From contig JAHLWZ010000816.1 of NCBI GenBank assembly GCA_020536535.1, positions 1-64,000 of the forward strand: a stretch of DNA of 64,000 bases, read 5' to 3'. The position numbers were made by a program, and so were the translations under genes. Numbering within the stretch: position 1 is the first letter of the stretch; every line of letters starts with the position of its first letter. Below are positions 14,083-25,806 of this stretch, piece after piece. Source of the DNA: Pelomyxa schiedti (lineage: Eukaryota; Protista; Evosea). The notes below the pieces were generated by a model, which was given only the letters and a program-made list of their open reading frames with translations, was not told where the DNA came from and did not search any database.

Positions 14083-17000
14083 TTAGGTGTTGTTGAGGGA
14101 GAGAGATTTAATTTGGAATGGCTGGAAACTTAGTGCAGCAGGGAGAGGAACTGGGCTTGATTGTGCTTCTTCTAATAAGTTCACATTTTGGAGGCTGCAA
14201 AAATTGGTGAGTGAGTTGCTCTTTGAGAAAACAAAGCGGAATAATGTCGTTACCTAGAGAAGTGCTCTGAGAGAGTCGGATCAATTTTTAGCTCGAGATG
14301 GTTGTGAGAACCGCCAAAACATTCATAGAGCCGCATTATGATATTACCGTTCCCTGTCTCGGCCATTTTAAGGGTATCAATGAGTACACCCTGGGCTGGA
14401 GCACTCCGGGCCTCAGATAGCTCCACGAAAGACTTGGAAGTGTGTGGTTGGTTGGTCAGAATGGGCAGAGAAATAAGACAGGAATTGAAGGCAGCAGCTT
14501 CTTCAATAACGCCGGCTTCTTGGAACATGCCTATTGCCAGTAAAAAATGAGAGGAAAGGTGTTTCTGACAAATGCATACCAAAGTGAGGCATTATCGCGT
14601 AGGAGAATGTGTGGTCTCCCATGTCCGCAGTTTTATCTGGCATCTTGGGTCCCCTCAGCAAGGAAATACGCATGACGTTATTAAGTACAGAATGCCTGAA
14701 CGAAATGAGTTCGGTACCATAAGCACCGTTGTATCTCACCCGTATTTGCAGTCGTTTAACAGAGCAACCCCAAAACCATGTTCAGAAAGGTCAGCCCACT
14801 TGTGTGCACAGACTTCGAACTTGGCCATATCCCAAGACGTGTTCATGTGCTTTTACGAGTGTTTCAAGGATAAAAAACTCACAGGAAGTGTGCAAACCGT
14901 GGGTCTCTCAATGTGGCCAAATTGAGTTTCATATGTGGCATTGAGGGATCTGACATTCACTGGGAATTCCACCTTCAATATTTTGTGGTCTTTTTCGCCG
15001 CACATATGTGCATAGTGAGTTATTTTCAAATAAGTAGTCCTTCCTGCTTGTACCTTCATTCCATGATACTTGGGTCTTGAACTCTAAGTATTTGCTGGTA
15101 CACTTGAGAGATATCCACTGTGTAATCTTGCACTTAGGAAGTAACTGGGCGATGTCAGTCATTGTTTATCGGTTCCTCTGACTACATACCAAAGTTGACA
15201 CTTTCAAAGTGGCTCGTATCGGCCCTGACTCAACAACTTCACAAACACAGTGCGGGTCAATGGTTATGGGCTTTTCTAAGTGGAATATGTCAACCTGAAA
15301 ATAGTTTGTTTCAAACTAAAGAGTAACCATTTACTTACATCCCAGTTGTCCCAGTAGTTGGGCATATCCTCAAATACCACAAACTTGTTCCCTATAAGTA
15401 CATTGACTTGTAAAGAAAAAAATCACAGTTACTAACCAACAGCATGTGTTGCAATACACTCTCTTTGACCATGCAGACTACTTTTGCACATCAAACTGGA
15501 TATAGTCCCATCAGACGAGATGCACGCTGTGAGGTATTGATTTTCCAGAATATATTGAGATTGTCGTGGCGTAACGATGACAGGAGGGACTGGACAGGGT
15601 GCATCTGTTGACGAAGATGTGAGTTGTGTTGTAAAACCACTTTATTTTCTTTCAAACCAGACACTGTGTAACCCACTGATGGGGCTTGCACTACCGCAAG
15701 GAACTGGTGTTTTTTAACTTATGTGTGAATAGAGAACAGTGTATGAAATAGTTAAACCTTTCCATTGTAGGCACTTTGTTGGGAAAATGATTCCTCATCG
15801 AGTTCAACCACCTCTGTACGTGGGAACGATAAAGTATTCATTACAGCCAGGGCTTTGTGGGCATCACCAGCTGTTGACAATAATTGTTTGAACAAAGCAT
15901 CCATTCCAAGTTTGAGTAGATTTGCGCCTTTGGCTATTTTTTTTTATGGGAGCAGGGGAAGGAGGCAGGAAAAAAAATTAAAATAGGCCAAAAGGAGGAT
16001 TTGACGTGAGAACTTTGAACTTCCAAGTAATGCTGGGCACTGTCTTCATAAACCATGCCAATTGAGGACCCAGGAAGTACATCATGGAACTAGAAAAGGT
16101 TCTTCTAGGTTAGTTGAATAGTTGTTAGGGTTAAAAAACAACCTGGTTAAGTAAAATTAACTTCCACATATGAGAGAGCTCTTGATAGGGATACAGTGGC
16201 AGTAATTTTAAGGCTGTGGCAAGTGAACAGACACACTCGATGTCATGCAACAGAAATTCAGACTTCCGGTTCCAAAATTTATTTTTTGCTTGTGTTGTAT
16301 AAGTTCCTCTGTGCATCTAGTGGCTGTTTAAAGACGCACAAATACTTATCACCCATACCTCAAAATACTGTAGAAAGAAAGAAAAAAGGGTATTAGTAAC
16401 AAGAATTTGGATGGATGTAGCACACCAATTCTCCTCTCCAAGAAAGAAGTTTGTGGCCAGATCGCTCTAAGACAGAGGAAAAGAATTCTGACGGAGTTGC
16501 TGACTAAAAAAAAATCTCAGAGAAGAATAAGTATTGATGTATACCTTCATCAGAGGAAGCCCAGGTATTCCCTGAGATAAGGTATTGTAACGGTCAAGCA
16601 TTTGATACTGTGGGCCCCCACCGCCATCCCCATGGCCGAACAGCAATAAGCTCTCAGGACAGCGCTCCTTATTTTTTCTTTATAATGAATGATATCTGCT
16701 TGGGAAGGTACTCGATCTTTATTGTTGGTTTCACATTTAATGCACTCTTGAGCATCCACCCTTGCATTGTAGGTATCAGCAGGAGGGAAATGTGTTAAAA
16801 CACGGCTTCCATCAAGCCCTTCCCTGCATAAATGTTAAAATGGGTAAAAAAAAGTGTTCAGCAGGTTACCAGAAAAAGGTTGTATATGGGAACTTATTTG
16901 TTTGATTCCAGCTAAGTTTTTGGGTAAGAAAATATTCTACATTTGCTCCACGCATGAGCTGGGGCAGTTGGGCAGCATAACCTCCAAGGAGTCATACGCA

Positions 17001-18580
17001 AACAAAGTGGTGTGTGCAAACCAAAAGTGTCAGGAAGCCAGAAGATATCACAGTACTTTCCAAATTCACTTCTGAGAGCACATCACAAAGGAGAAGAAAG
17101 AAGTGATCATACTTGAAAAAACGCTGTCCCAACAGAAATTGCCTCACCAGTGACTCCCCACACGGTATGTTGCAGTCCTTGGGTGGTTTTTATTTCATAT
17201 TTCCTTGACTACACTGTAATACCATTTCAACCCAAGTTGCCCCAACAGGTGCAAAGCGTTTGTTTGCCACTGCCATTTTAATTTCTTCATAAAGAGCAGG
17301 GTACAAATCCTTCACCCACTCCATTTGTTGCGCTTGGGATACAGCAAAACAAAATCTTGCCATTATGTCAGGGATACAGGTACACTTATGGAATCTCACT
17401 GTGGAAATTGCTCAGCATTACGAAGTTGTGCAACCCAACTTCTTGCACATTTGGCTTTTGTGACACTATAGGGCCACAACCATGCTATCAACTGCTAAGT
17501 AGAAAGAGGGGTGTGGCACACTACCTGTGTCAATGTGGCAGTGACCAACAGCTGTAATCATGTGTGGGGTATGCCCTGTATGTGAAGCTATGAACTCATG
17601 CAAATATTCTCGTGCTTTCTATGGGGAGGCACTCAGCAGTAATACTTTGAGAAACGGTTTGCACCTGAATCGAGTTATCATCATCAAGAAAGCACATGTT
17701 CACTGCATCATCAGCTGCCCAGAGACCATCAGCTGCGCCTTGACTCGTTTCTGGTAAGTTCTTCATATCATCAGAAAAGTGTGACCAGAAATTATCAAGA
17801 CCTTGGCAGCATTCCATAGAATGTAAAGGTCATTTGCTAGGTCATTAACATTCCGATTGAACACAGCTATCTCGGCCTTTTTCAGTTTGAAATCCCGGGT
17901 ACTAGGAGGTGCTTCGGGACCACATTCCCACCCTGGTGAATTTCCAAACATCTCAAAGCAACGTCAAAGAGGGATGAAAGTGCCACAGTCAAAACCTCAC
18001 AGCACGCCAGTTGAATGAAGAAGGCAAATTTCTTCCCAGCCTGTGCAGTCTTGGATAAAATGTAGCAGTTGCGCTGAGTATCATCTATTGGCAAGTTGCT
18101 TGGTTCTATTGAAGTTTGAGTATAGTAACCTGTGGTGCCTGTCATTGATTGCAATGGTACACCTGTCTCTGAAAACAGCATTGACTCACTACCAGAATCC
18201 CAGAGTAAATGCACTTCCTTTCCAGTAAATGACTCTGGAATCTCCACTTCCACATGTAGCCTAAAAATGGGCAATAATTGGGTAAGAGTCCTTTACAATG
18301 CCAAAGGGGGCATTTTACCACGCGGATTGCGAAGGGGAAAATACCAGTGGGTGGACCAAATTGGACCAAAAACATCGCCTACTGAGCATGGCACGTAAGA
18401 CCCCAGCAGCGACGCCGCTTCCGCGAACGTAGACAGTTCGGGATCGGAGGGGCGCGGGGCAGCGAGGCGCGTTACGTGAAGCGGGTGCGTCGCGCCGTAC
18501 AAACGCGACTTGAGCAGGAACGACTTTGTCAGAAACGACTCGACGCGCGACAGCGTGATGTCTCTGTGATGGTGAAACAT
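14083..18580 (-). CDS. Cytosolic alpha-mannosidase (GH38, MAN2C1/Ams1-like), many introns
   Basis: [71 protein letters not shown]. Confidence 0.93.
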
Positions 18581-18883
18581 GTGCCCGATTGTTTCCCAAA
18601 TAAAGGAGTCACAGACTCATTTTTTTGCGAAGGCACACTTGAAACATGTGCCTTTTTTTGGTGTGTTTCACTGAACCCCAACAAAGATTGCGGAGTGGCA
18701 AAACCCCAAGTTGTCTCCTGCAGGAGGGTTCCGGTCGGTTGATTATTTGTCTGAAATAAAGTACGCGAGCCCGCCGAGGGGGGAACGCCAAGGTACAAAT
18801 TTTTTGATCTGAATCTCTGTTTCGAGAAAATCCACGGAGTTACATGGAGGATCTGCCCTTTCTGCAAGTAATTCATTTACTGG

Positions 18884-18896
18884 GTCCAATCAGATT
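18884..18896. promoter_or_regulatory. GTCCAATCAGATT element in a divergent promoter
   Basis: Identical 13-mer at 42731-42743; contains CCAAT. Confidence 0.45.
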
Positions 18897-19090
18897 TGGG
18901 CACAAGGTCTAATCTTCCGTAAAGGCGAGAACCTTAACATAGAACAAAGTACAAAAAGAGAGGAATCCTCTTTTGCCTGTGGAGGTCACTCTTTTCCTTT
19001 TGACATCGAAGCCTCTCAGGACACCAAACCCGGTACTACACATCACTTACTTCCGCTACCCCCGCGCCCATAATTACCCTTATCCTTCCC

Positions 19091-21085
19091 ATGGACACTA
19101 CCTCCTCTTCCACCTCATCCTCATCCTCAGCCTCAGCCTCAGCCTCAGCCTTCCTCGCACTCCCGCCACCTCCCATAAGTTCCACTCTGACTCCTCGGCC
19201 GCCCCCGATGCCCGTGTTCCCGCCCCAAGGTTTTTCCCCTGCAGCAGGGCCTCTTTTCGAGCTCATCATTCCGTCTCCATTGGCTCCTGGTCCTTTTAGC
19301 GTAAGAAATACACACGCTCTCTCCTTGTTATTCAATTTTGTCAATCATTTTTTCGTGACACTTGGTGTTACTTCGATTTTTCGTTAACTTACGGTTGACT
19401 CTGCACTAGTTGAAAATTAGAGTAGTAAAGAGGCTCCTACGTACCTATCAAATCAGTGCTCAATCCTTGGTTGAGGCTGTGAATTCATTGACTTTCACTG
19501 TGGAGAATAGCCCCTCAAATAGTCCTCACACTGCCTTGATTGCATGCAAACATGATGGCAAGCCAATAAGGCTGGAGAGATCAGCACAGATGTGGACTGT
19601 GCAGAGAATCAAAGACGAACCTTATGAAACTTACTCTATATTATGCAGATGCCACTGCAGTAGTTCAAAGTAAAAACTTTTTTTCCCCCTCCCTCCTATT
19701 GGGTCTAATTCCCTCAGGAATCATTTTGGTGGTTCTCTGAGATTTTCTATGAGGATTGGAGATTTTACTCTTCAATCAGGAGGAATCACATTTCTTTCCA
19801 AACTACCCCCTTCTTCCCCACCAAGACGGCGGTCGCCATGCAAACGCTCCCGTGGGACTGGAAGTTGTGAGGAACCTCCTCCAGCTCAGAGTCGCACTCC
19901 CTCTCCAACCTCTCTTGTGCCTACTGTCGGTGTCCTTACTCCTCCGACTTCTACTCCAAGCCCGCGCGATCTTATGCCACATTACCTCATTCCTGCACAA
20001 CTTGCGACGTGGCCCAGTGACACTGCTGCAGCGCATTCATCTCCGCTGCCTTCACCCTCTCCCTTAGTCTATGAGATTTTCCCAGCTTCCCAGCCTCGCA
20101 CTGACTTTCCAAGCCCGCAACAACAACCTCCTGTCGTGCCTGAAGTGACTCCATTCTCCCCTCAGTTAAGTAGATCCACACTCATTCCTTCCAATGCCTC
20201 CCCTCGAAGAACTGCCTCACCCTCGTGCTCCCTCATCCCTCCCAGATCACCAACTACCCGGCAGACCGCAAGGCAAATCTTTCCCCCTCTCGATGAGACA
20301 CCCCCTAATGTATCGGAGCTGCCCTCACAAACATCATGTTCAGTTGCCACTGTACCTTGTCCGGTGAGCCCAGTGCAGAGTACTACTATGACAGTGGATA
20401 CCGCCAGTGCAGACACAAGTTCACACAGCCCTTTATGGTTGAGTAATAGCAATGGACCGGAGAGAACGCAAACACCACCGCAGCAGTGCACTTTATTTGC
20501 CACACCCATTTCAATTGCACTTGCACAGCAGCAAGTTCAACAACCCTCCCTTCCAGAATCTTCCATTCCATTGACACAAAACGACTCCCCAGGCACACGG
20601 CTATTGCCAAATAGCCCAGAGACACCTTCACCCGCTCGCAGCCCACCCATGGACTACACCAGCTTCGAAATTACTATTCAAAGCCCTCAATGCTTCCTGC
20701 AGCATGGCCAGTACAAACCTTGGTTAATGGCCTTAAAGAACACATGGGAGCTCAACCCGGATTCGAGGACTTCCATTATTCTAGTACTCTTCCCTCTCCT
20801 GCAACTTCAATCAACTCTCTATCAATGAATTTTCACCTGCACTCATTTGACTATTCTCGAGATTCCACACTAACCCCTCACTCCCAAATAGTGGAACAGC
20901 ACAATGTGCAACCCACAATTGGACTCATGGTTACATGCACCATATCTTGCCGTTTCGCAACCGGCACCACGTGCCTGGAGGCCAAAAGGAAGGCTGAAGA
21001 GTTCTTGAGCTCAGCCGGCCCTGTTATTCCACGACAGGCTTGGGCCTCTAAGTACATGCAAATCACATCCAGCAAACTCCTGTGA
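19091..21085 (+). CDS. Hypothetical Pro/Ser-rich protein with a globular Cys/His-containing N-terminal domain
   Basis: Consecutive plus-strand ORFs joinable by GT-AG introns; CRCHCSSSK-NHFGG motif followed by a low-complexity region and a second small globular segment. Confidence 0.6.
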
Positions 21086-21283
21086 GAGGAAAATGAGGAA
21101 TTTTCTTCAGAGCAGGCTTGGCGGTAAAACCAAACCCACCCACAATTTTAGGAACATTTTGGGAGTTTTTAATAATTTTTTGCAATCTTTGCCACTTTTT
21201 GGCCACCCCTTTACCACAAAATGGTGGTTTTTTTTTTTTTTTTTGTAGAGGAATAATGGTGAACCCTACTGTGTGAGGGCCTT

Positions 21284-22820
21284 TTACAAATCCGTAAGGA
21301 TTTTGAAGAAATACTCCAAGTCTAATTGTGAGTCTTCAGGGAGGTCAGTGCAGTGTACAGCGTTTTTTACCTATTTGGAGTGTGAGCTAGTGGATATGAA
21401 GGGGTACAGGAGAGTACCGCATTAACACCAAAAGTGGCTCTCAGTGTCTCGGGACGAATGTTTCTGGCGATAAGGGGGTCGTGGGGACCGCATATTCCTC
21501 TAAATATTGATTGTGCTGGGTGTTCTGGTGTGGCCTCTGGATGACTGAGCTCGAGGGCAATGCAAGGCCCGGATATCATCTCTGCAACTACTTCCTGAAG
21601 AAAGTAATTAGTGAAATGTTCACAAGAAACAGTACACACAACCTGAAAATTGTGAATTACACCTTTGTATACCTCTAAAAACTCCTGGCACTGAACAGAT
21701 GTAAGTTGTACCAGTCTCATGGCTGTGATGTTGAATCCAAATCTGGAAATGGAAGACACCACTTTTCCATACTGACCTGAAAGAGAAATGAGAGAGTAAA
21801 GGACCACAAGAAATAGTACCCGACATTACACAGTGTGGTTTAATGACACCCAGAGTAGTGGTCCTGTCACAAAGTGCTGGTTCTACAAAGATATGCTCAT
21901 CACCGAAAAAGAAATCTAACTCCTTTTTCAATTGGATATACTCTGGCCAAAATAAAGAGGTCATACCAGGTCTACAGTATCGGCAGACTGGGCGCAAATA
22001 GCAGCACTTGGTTTAAGTGTATTGATGGAGTCAACTGCTTGCCAAGCACATTGAACAGCATTCTCACCTGTGAGTTCCAGTGCAATAATGGCGCAGTCAG
22101 TTGATGCATTGCTGTAAACCTTAAGTTGGTGTCAACAGATACATTTATCCTTAAGAAAATACAATATAGGGTACATTATAATCAGAGAGTTTCTGGGAAA
22201 CATCAATGAATACCTGAGCCAATCATTTCCATGAATTTGATCGAAGAGATAGGCATCCTCGAGTAATATTCGGAGCATTTGGGCATGTGTCAACTGTATC
22301 TTTGATCCTTTCAAAAAAGATAGGGCAGCGCCAAGATCAGAATCAAGCAGAGTGGCATTTAAAAGAACGAGTGTTCTATCAAGTGAGTTCAGAGTCTAGA
22401 TTTCAAATTTCGAAGGTACTTCTGTCTATCAGCCTCAAGCATGTGCCTCGTGAAGTCATCCCCGTAAGAGAGAAGAAGCAACGAGCGGTTATAAACAGTG
22501 ATATGTGATCCAATAACAAAATTGCGCAAAGTTAAGCCCTGAGCTGAAGTCCTCTTCAAAAATAGCCTGTGTTGTTTCATGTTTACCTTGGGGAAAAAAA
22601 AAGTCATCACCATGCCTTTCACCTAGGCAGACCCAAACCACTGCCAAAAAATGGGGATAGGGAAACAAAAACGAACCAACTCTATTGTTCCATCCTGAGG
22701 GAAAAAACAAGCCAACAACGGCAAAGCAGTCCCAGCAAACGGGTCCATCCACTCGCAATTAAACACGTATCTTTCATCCGTGGCCGCTGCTGTGGCTGTA
22801 GATCTCCTGGGTTCGTTCAT
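21284..22820 (-). CDS. NME7: Nucleoside diphosphate kinase 7-like (DM10 domain plus NDK domains)
   Basis: ERYVFNCEWMDP...DGTIEL...RLFLKRT...YGDDFTR (DM10); TTLGVIKPH, GPCIALEL, RPETLRATFG, NAVHCTDLPED. Confidence 0.88.
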
Positions 22821-23061
22821 AGGTTGGAAGTTCTTAGTTTTTTTCCCCTGTTTTCAGGAATTGCCCGAATACCTTTTTGATGGGAGGTGCTGAACCCAGA
22901 CATCACAACGAGTGAGAGTGAAGAAAGAGCAAAGATAATGTAAAATGCATATGCTTTCTATTGGTGTTGGTTTTGAGGGCTAGTCAAGACAACAGCAGAG
23001 GTGAAACAAAGGCGTTCTAAAAACTGTTTTTTTCCCAAGGCAAGATACAATTGTTCTGGTT

Positions 23062-25256
23062 TCAATCCCAAGTGGCTGGTGCGGTAACAACAACGGCAGA
23101 TGCGTCCCAGTTTTGTGCTGGGTCCTGAGTCCAGTCGTCGGCGTGTGATTGTGGTGCCTGAAGCTGAACTGGTTCCTCGGCTTGAACTCCCTGCAAAAAA
23201 AAGGGCGGTTAGAAAAAGTGGTTTATGGAAGAGCTGGAATCGGTTATTACCTTAGCTTGCTGTTGCTTGGAGAGGTCCTGAGCCTCGGCGGCCAAGGTGT
23301 CCTTCCGCTCTTGCTCATCGGGATCCCTGAGAATAATGTTAGAGGGTAAAAGCGGTCGTGTTGGCAAGGTACCTGTAGAAGAAGAGATCAACCATGATCT
23401 CCCACTCCTTGTCGCGGGCGAGTGTTCCTCTAAGGCGTAAAACTTCCCGGGCGAGCAGCCAGTACATAAGACCGATGGAGTGCTTGGCCTTGTTGTTGCA
23501 CGGAATGGCAATATCAACATAGCGAAGAGGGCTGTCTGTGTGGCAGAGGCCGATGGTGATAACGTTGTTGTACATAGACTCCCTCAAAGCCTAGAGACTA
23601 TAAGTTCGCCGTCCGGTTGAGAAGGGACCGGGTACCTGATGATCGGATCGAGGATCAGTGACGATAACAACGCGGGGCTCCTTGAAGGTCTTCTTCTGAG
23701 CCTGATTTGTGAAAGTACCAGGCATGAACCTACCGGCAATGGCGTGGCACCCAGTGTACTTGGCGAATTTCAGGACGGCCCTTTGACCGAAAGGCCTTGC
23801 AGAACAGACAACGACATCCTGTGGAAGGGTAAGAAACTCGACAATCAGAAAGTAATTTACCTGTGGGTTTTCAATTCCGGCAATAACCCTAGCAGCCAAT
23901 ACAAGTTTCTCCCAGGTCTTGAGAAGATTTATGATGTGTACACCTGCACAGAGTTCAGACAAAGACAATCAAATAAAGGAAAATACCGTCGTTTCTGCGG
24001 TTGAACACATAGGGACCCATGGCAGTCTCCAAATTGATGGAGCCCAAGTGGACATGGCAAGCAAGCATCTTTTTAATCTCTTCCTCAGTTGCGTGCAGGC
24101 ACTTGGGAGTGTTGGTCTTGAACCTGGGCTTGAGAATCTTGCTTGAAGCGGGCTTGCCAGAGAGGCACATCGGATGGAACGAGTGTAGTTGGTTGGGCTT
24201 CTTGGTATCGGCACCAAAGCGGCGGCGGAACATGATGCTCTTTCGTCCGTCACAGAACACATAGAAAGGTCCCCTTCTCCTGCGGCGAGGGGCGATCTTG
24301 ACCTTTCGGGTGGCTGCCTTCTTGGTGACCTTCTTGGTCTTGGCTTTCTCGGTCTTCTTTGCGGGTGCCTTCTTAGCAACAACCTTGGCTTTAGTTGTCT
24401 TCTCTCCGGCTTTCTTCTCAGCGGGTTTCTTGGCAACTGGCTTCTTCTCAGCGGGCTTCTTGGCAGGGGCTGCCTTTCCGGCTGGTTTCTTGGCAGCGGG
24501 CTTCTTCTCTGCTGGCTTCTTGCCGGCGGCGAGTTTCTTAGCGGGAGCAGCCTTCTTCTCTGCTGGCTTCTTAGCAGCGGGCTTCTTCTCTGCTGGCTTT
24601 TTCTCACCTTTCTTGGCGGGGGCTGCCTTCTCAGCGGGCTTCTTGGTGGCTGGCTTCTTCTCGACGGGTTTCTTTTCAGCGGGCTTCTTTTCAGCGGGCT
24701 TCTTCTCAGCGGGCTTCTTGGCTGGTGCCTTTGCTGCAGGCTTTTTGGGGGCGGGGGCCTTCTTCTCGGCCTCGGGCTTCTCTGCCTTTGCTTTCTTTTC
24801 CACTGGTTTCTTCTCAGCTGCGGGTTTCTTCTCTGCTGGTTTCTTTGCTGGTGCTTTCTTCTCGGCTAGTTTCTTCTCAGCAACTGGTTTTTTCTCCGCT
24901 GGTTTCTTCTCCGCAACTGGCTTCTTCTCGGCCGCTGGTTTCTTTTCGGCTGGTTTCTTCTCCGCAGCGGGTTTTTTTGCTGGGGCAGGTTTCTTCTCAA
25001 CTGCCTTCTTTTCGGGTGCGGGCTTCTTCTCAGCCGCTGGTTTCTCGGTCTTGGGCTTCTCAGCGGGCTTCTTTGCTGGTGCTGGTTTCTTCTCTGCTGG
25101 TTTCTCTGTCTTGGGTTTCTCCGCTGGTGCCTTCTTTGGGGCGGGTTTTTCCTCGGGCTTCTTTGCGGGTGTTGGTTTTTTCTCAGCCTTGGGAGCTGGC
25201 TTGGCCTTCTCGGCCGCCGGCTTTGGAGCTGGGGCCTTTGCTTTGGCAGTCTCCAT
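23062..25256 (-). CDS. RPSA: 40S ribosomal protein uS2/SA with a very long K/P/A/E-rich N-terminal extension
   Basis: [61 protein letters not shown]; in frame with ~380 aa upstream. Confidence 0.93.
24298..25250 (-). repeat. Degenerate coding tandem repeat (EKKPA / AKKPA units)
   Basis: Dozens of imperfect 15-18 nt units such as gagaagaagcccgct within the uS2 extension. Confidence 0.85.
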
Positions 25257-25806
25257 TTAAAATCGTATGCGGTACGTTAGCTCCTGCGTTAACGTTGGAA
25301 CAAGGCTCGTGTGGTGCATGGGTATGTGTATGTGTTTTTGTTTTTGTATTTGCATTCATTGTCATATTTGTAACAACCTCCATCTCTACCCCCGAAAAAA
25401 AAAAAAAAAAGAGCCGCCAACAAAACGCCTCTTCGTGGTGCGGCCGTGGGTGTAATAAAAAAAAAAAAAACGGAGAAAACAACACCACGAGGGGGGAAAA
25501 ACAGGCGATTTTGTCGCGTTACCGGTGATGAGCTGTGTCGCGTCGGAGGCGATAACTGCGGACAAAACGCCTTGGCACGGAAAAATGAAGTCTCTGAGAA
25601 AAAAATGAAATAAATAAATAAATGAGGAGATCTCCGAACGACGTCAAACGCTCGCAACTGTGGAGTTGCCAATGGACAAAAAGAAAATATTTTTTTCTTC
25701 TTCGAGATGTTTTGAACTTTCGTTAGAAATGAAAAAAAGAGAAAATCAATCGTAAAACAAATAAAATCCATTGATGGTTGAAGGAAGTGGTATAACCCAA
25801 CCCCAA

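Noticed and set aside
14083-18580. Fragmented ORFs suggesting pseudogenes, frameshifting or an alternative genetic code
   Set aside because: Breaks coincide with short GT-AG introns wherever I checked; no recoding is needed.
24189-25528. Long plus-strand ORFs (320, 267, 226 aa; AGFFS repeats)
   Set aside because: Antisense shadows of the uS2 repeat extension.
25524-25596. GTGATGA...CTGA box C/D-like pair upstream of RPSA
   Set aside because: No terminal stem or recognisable rRNA guide; such short boxes arise by chance.
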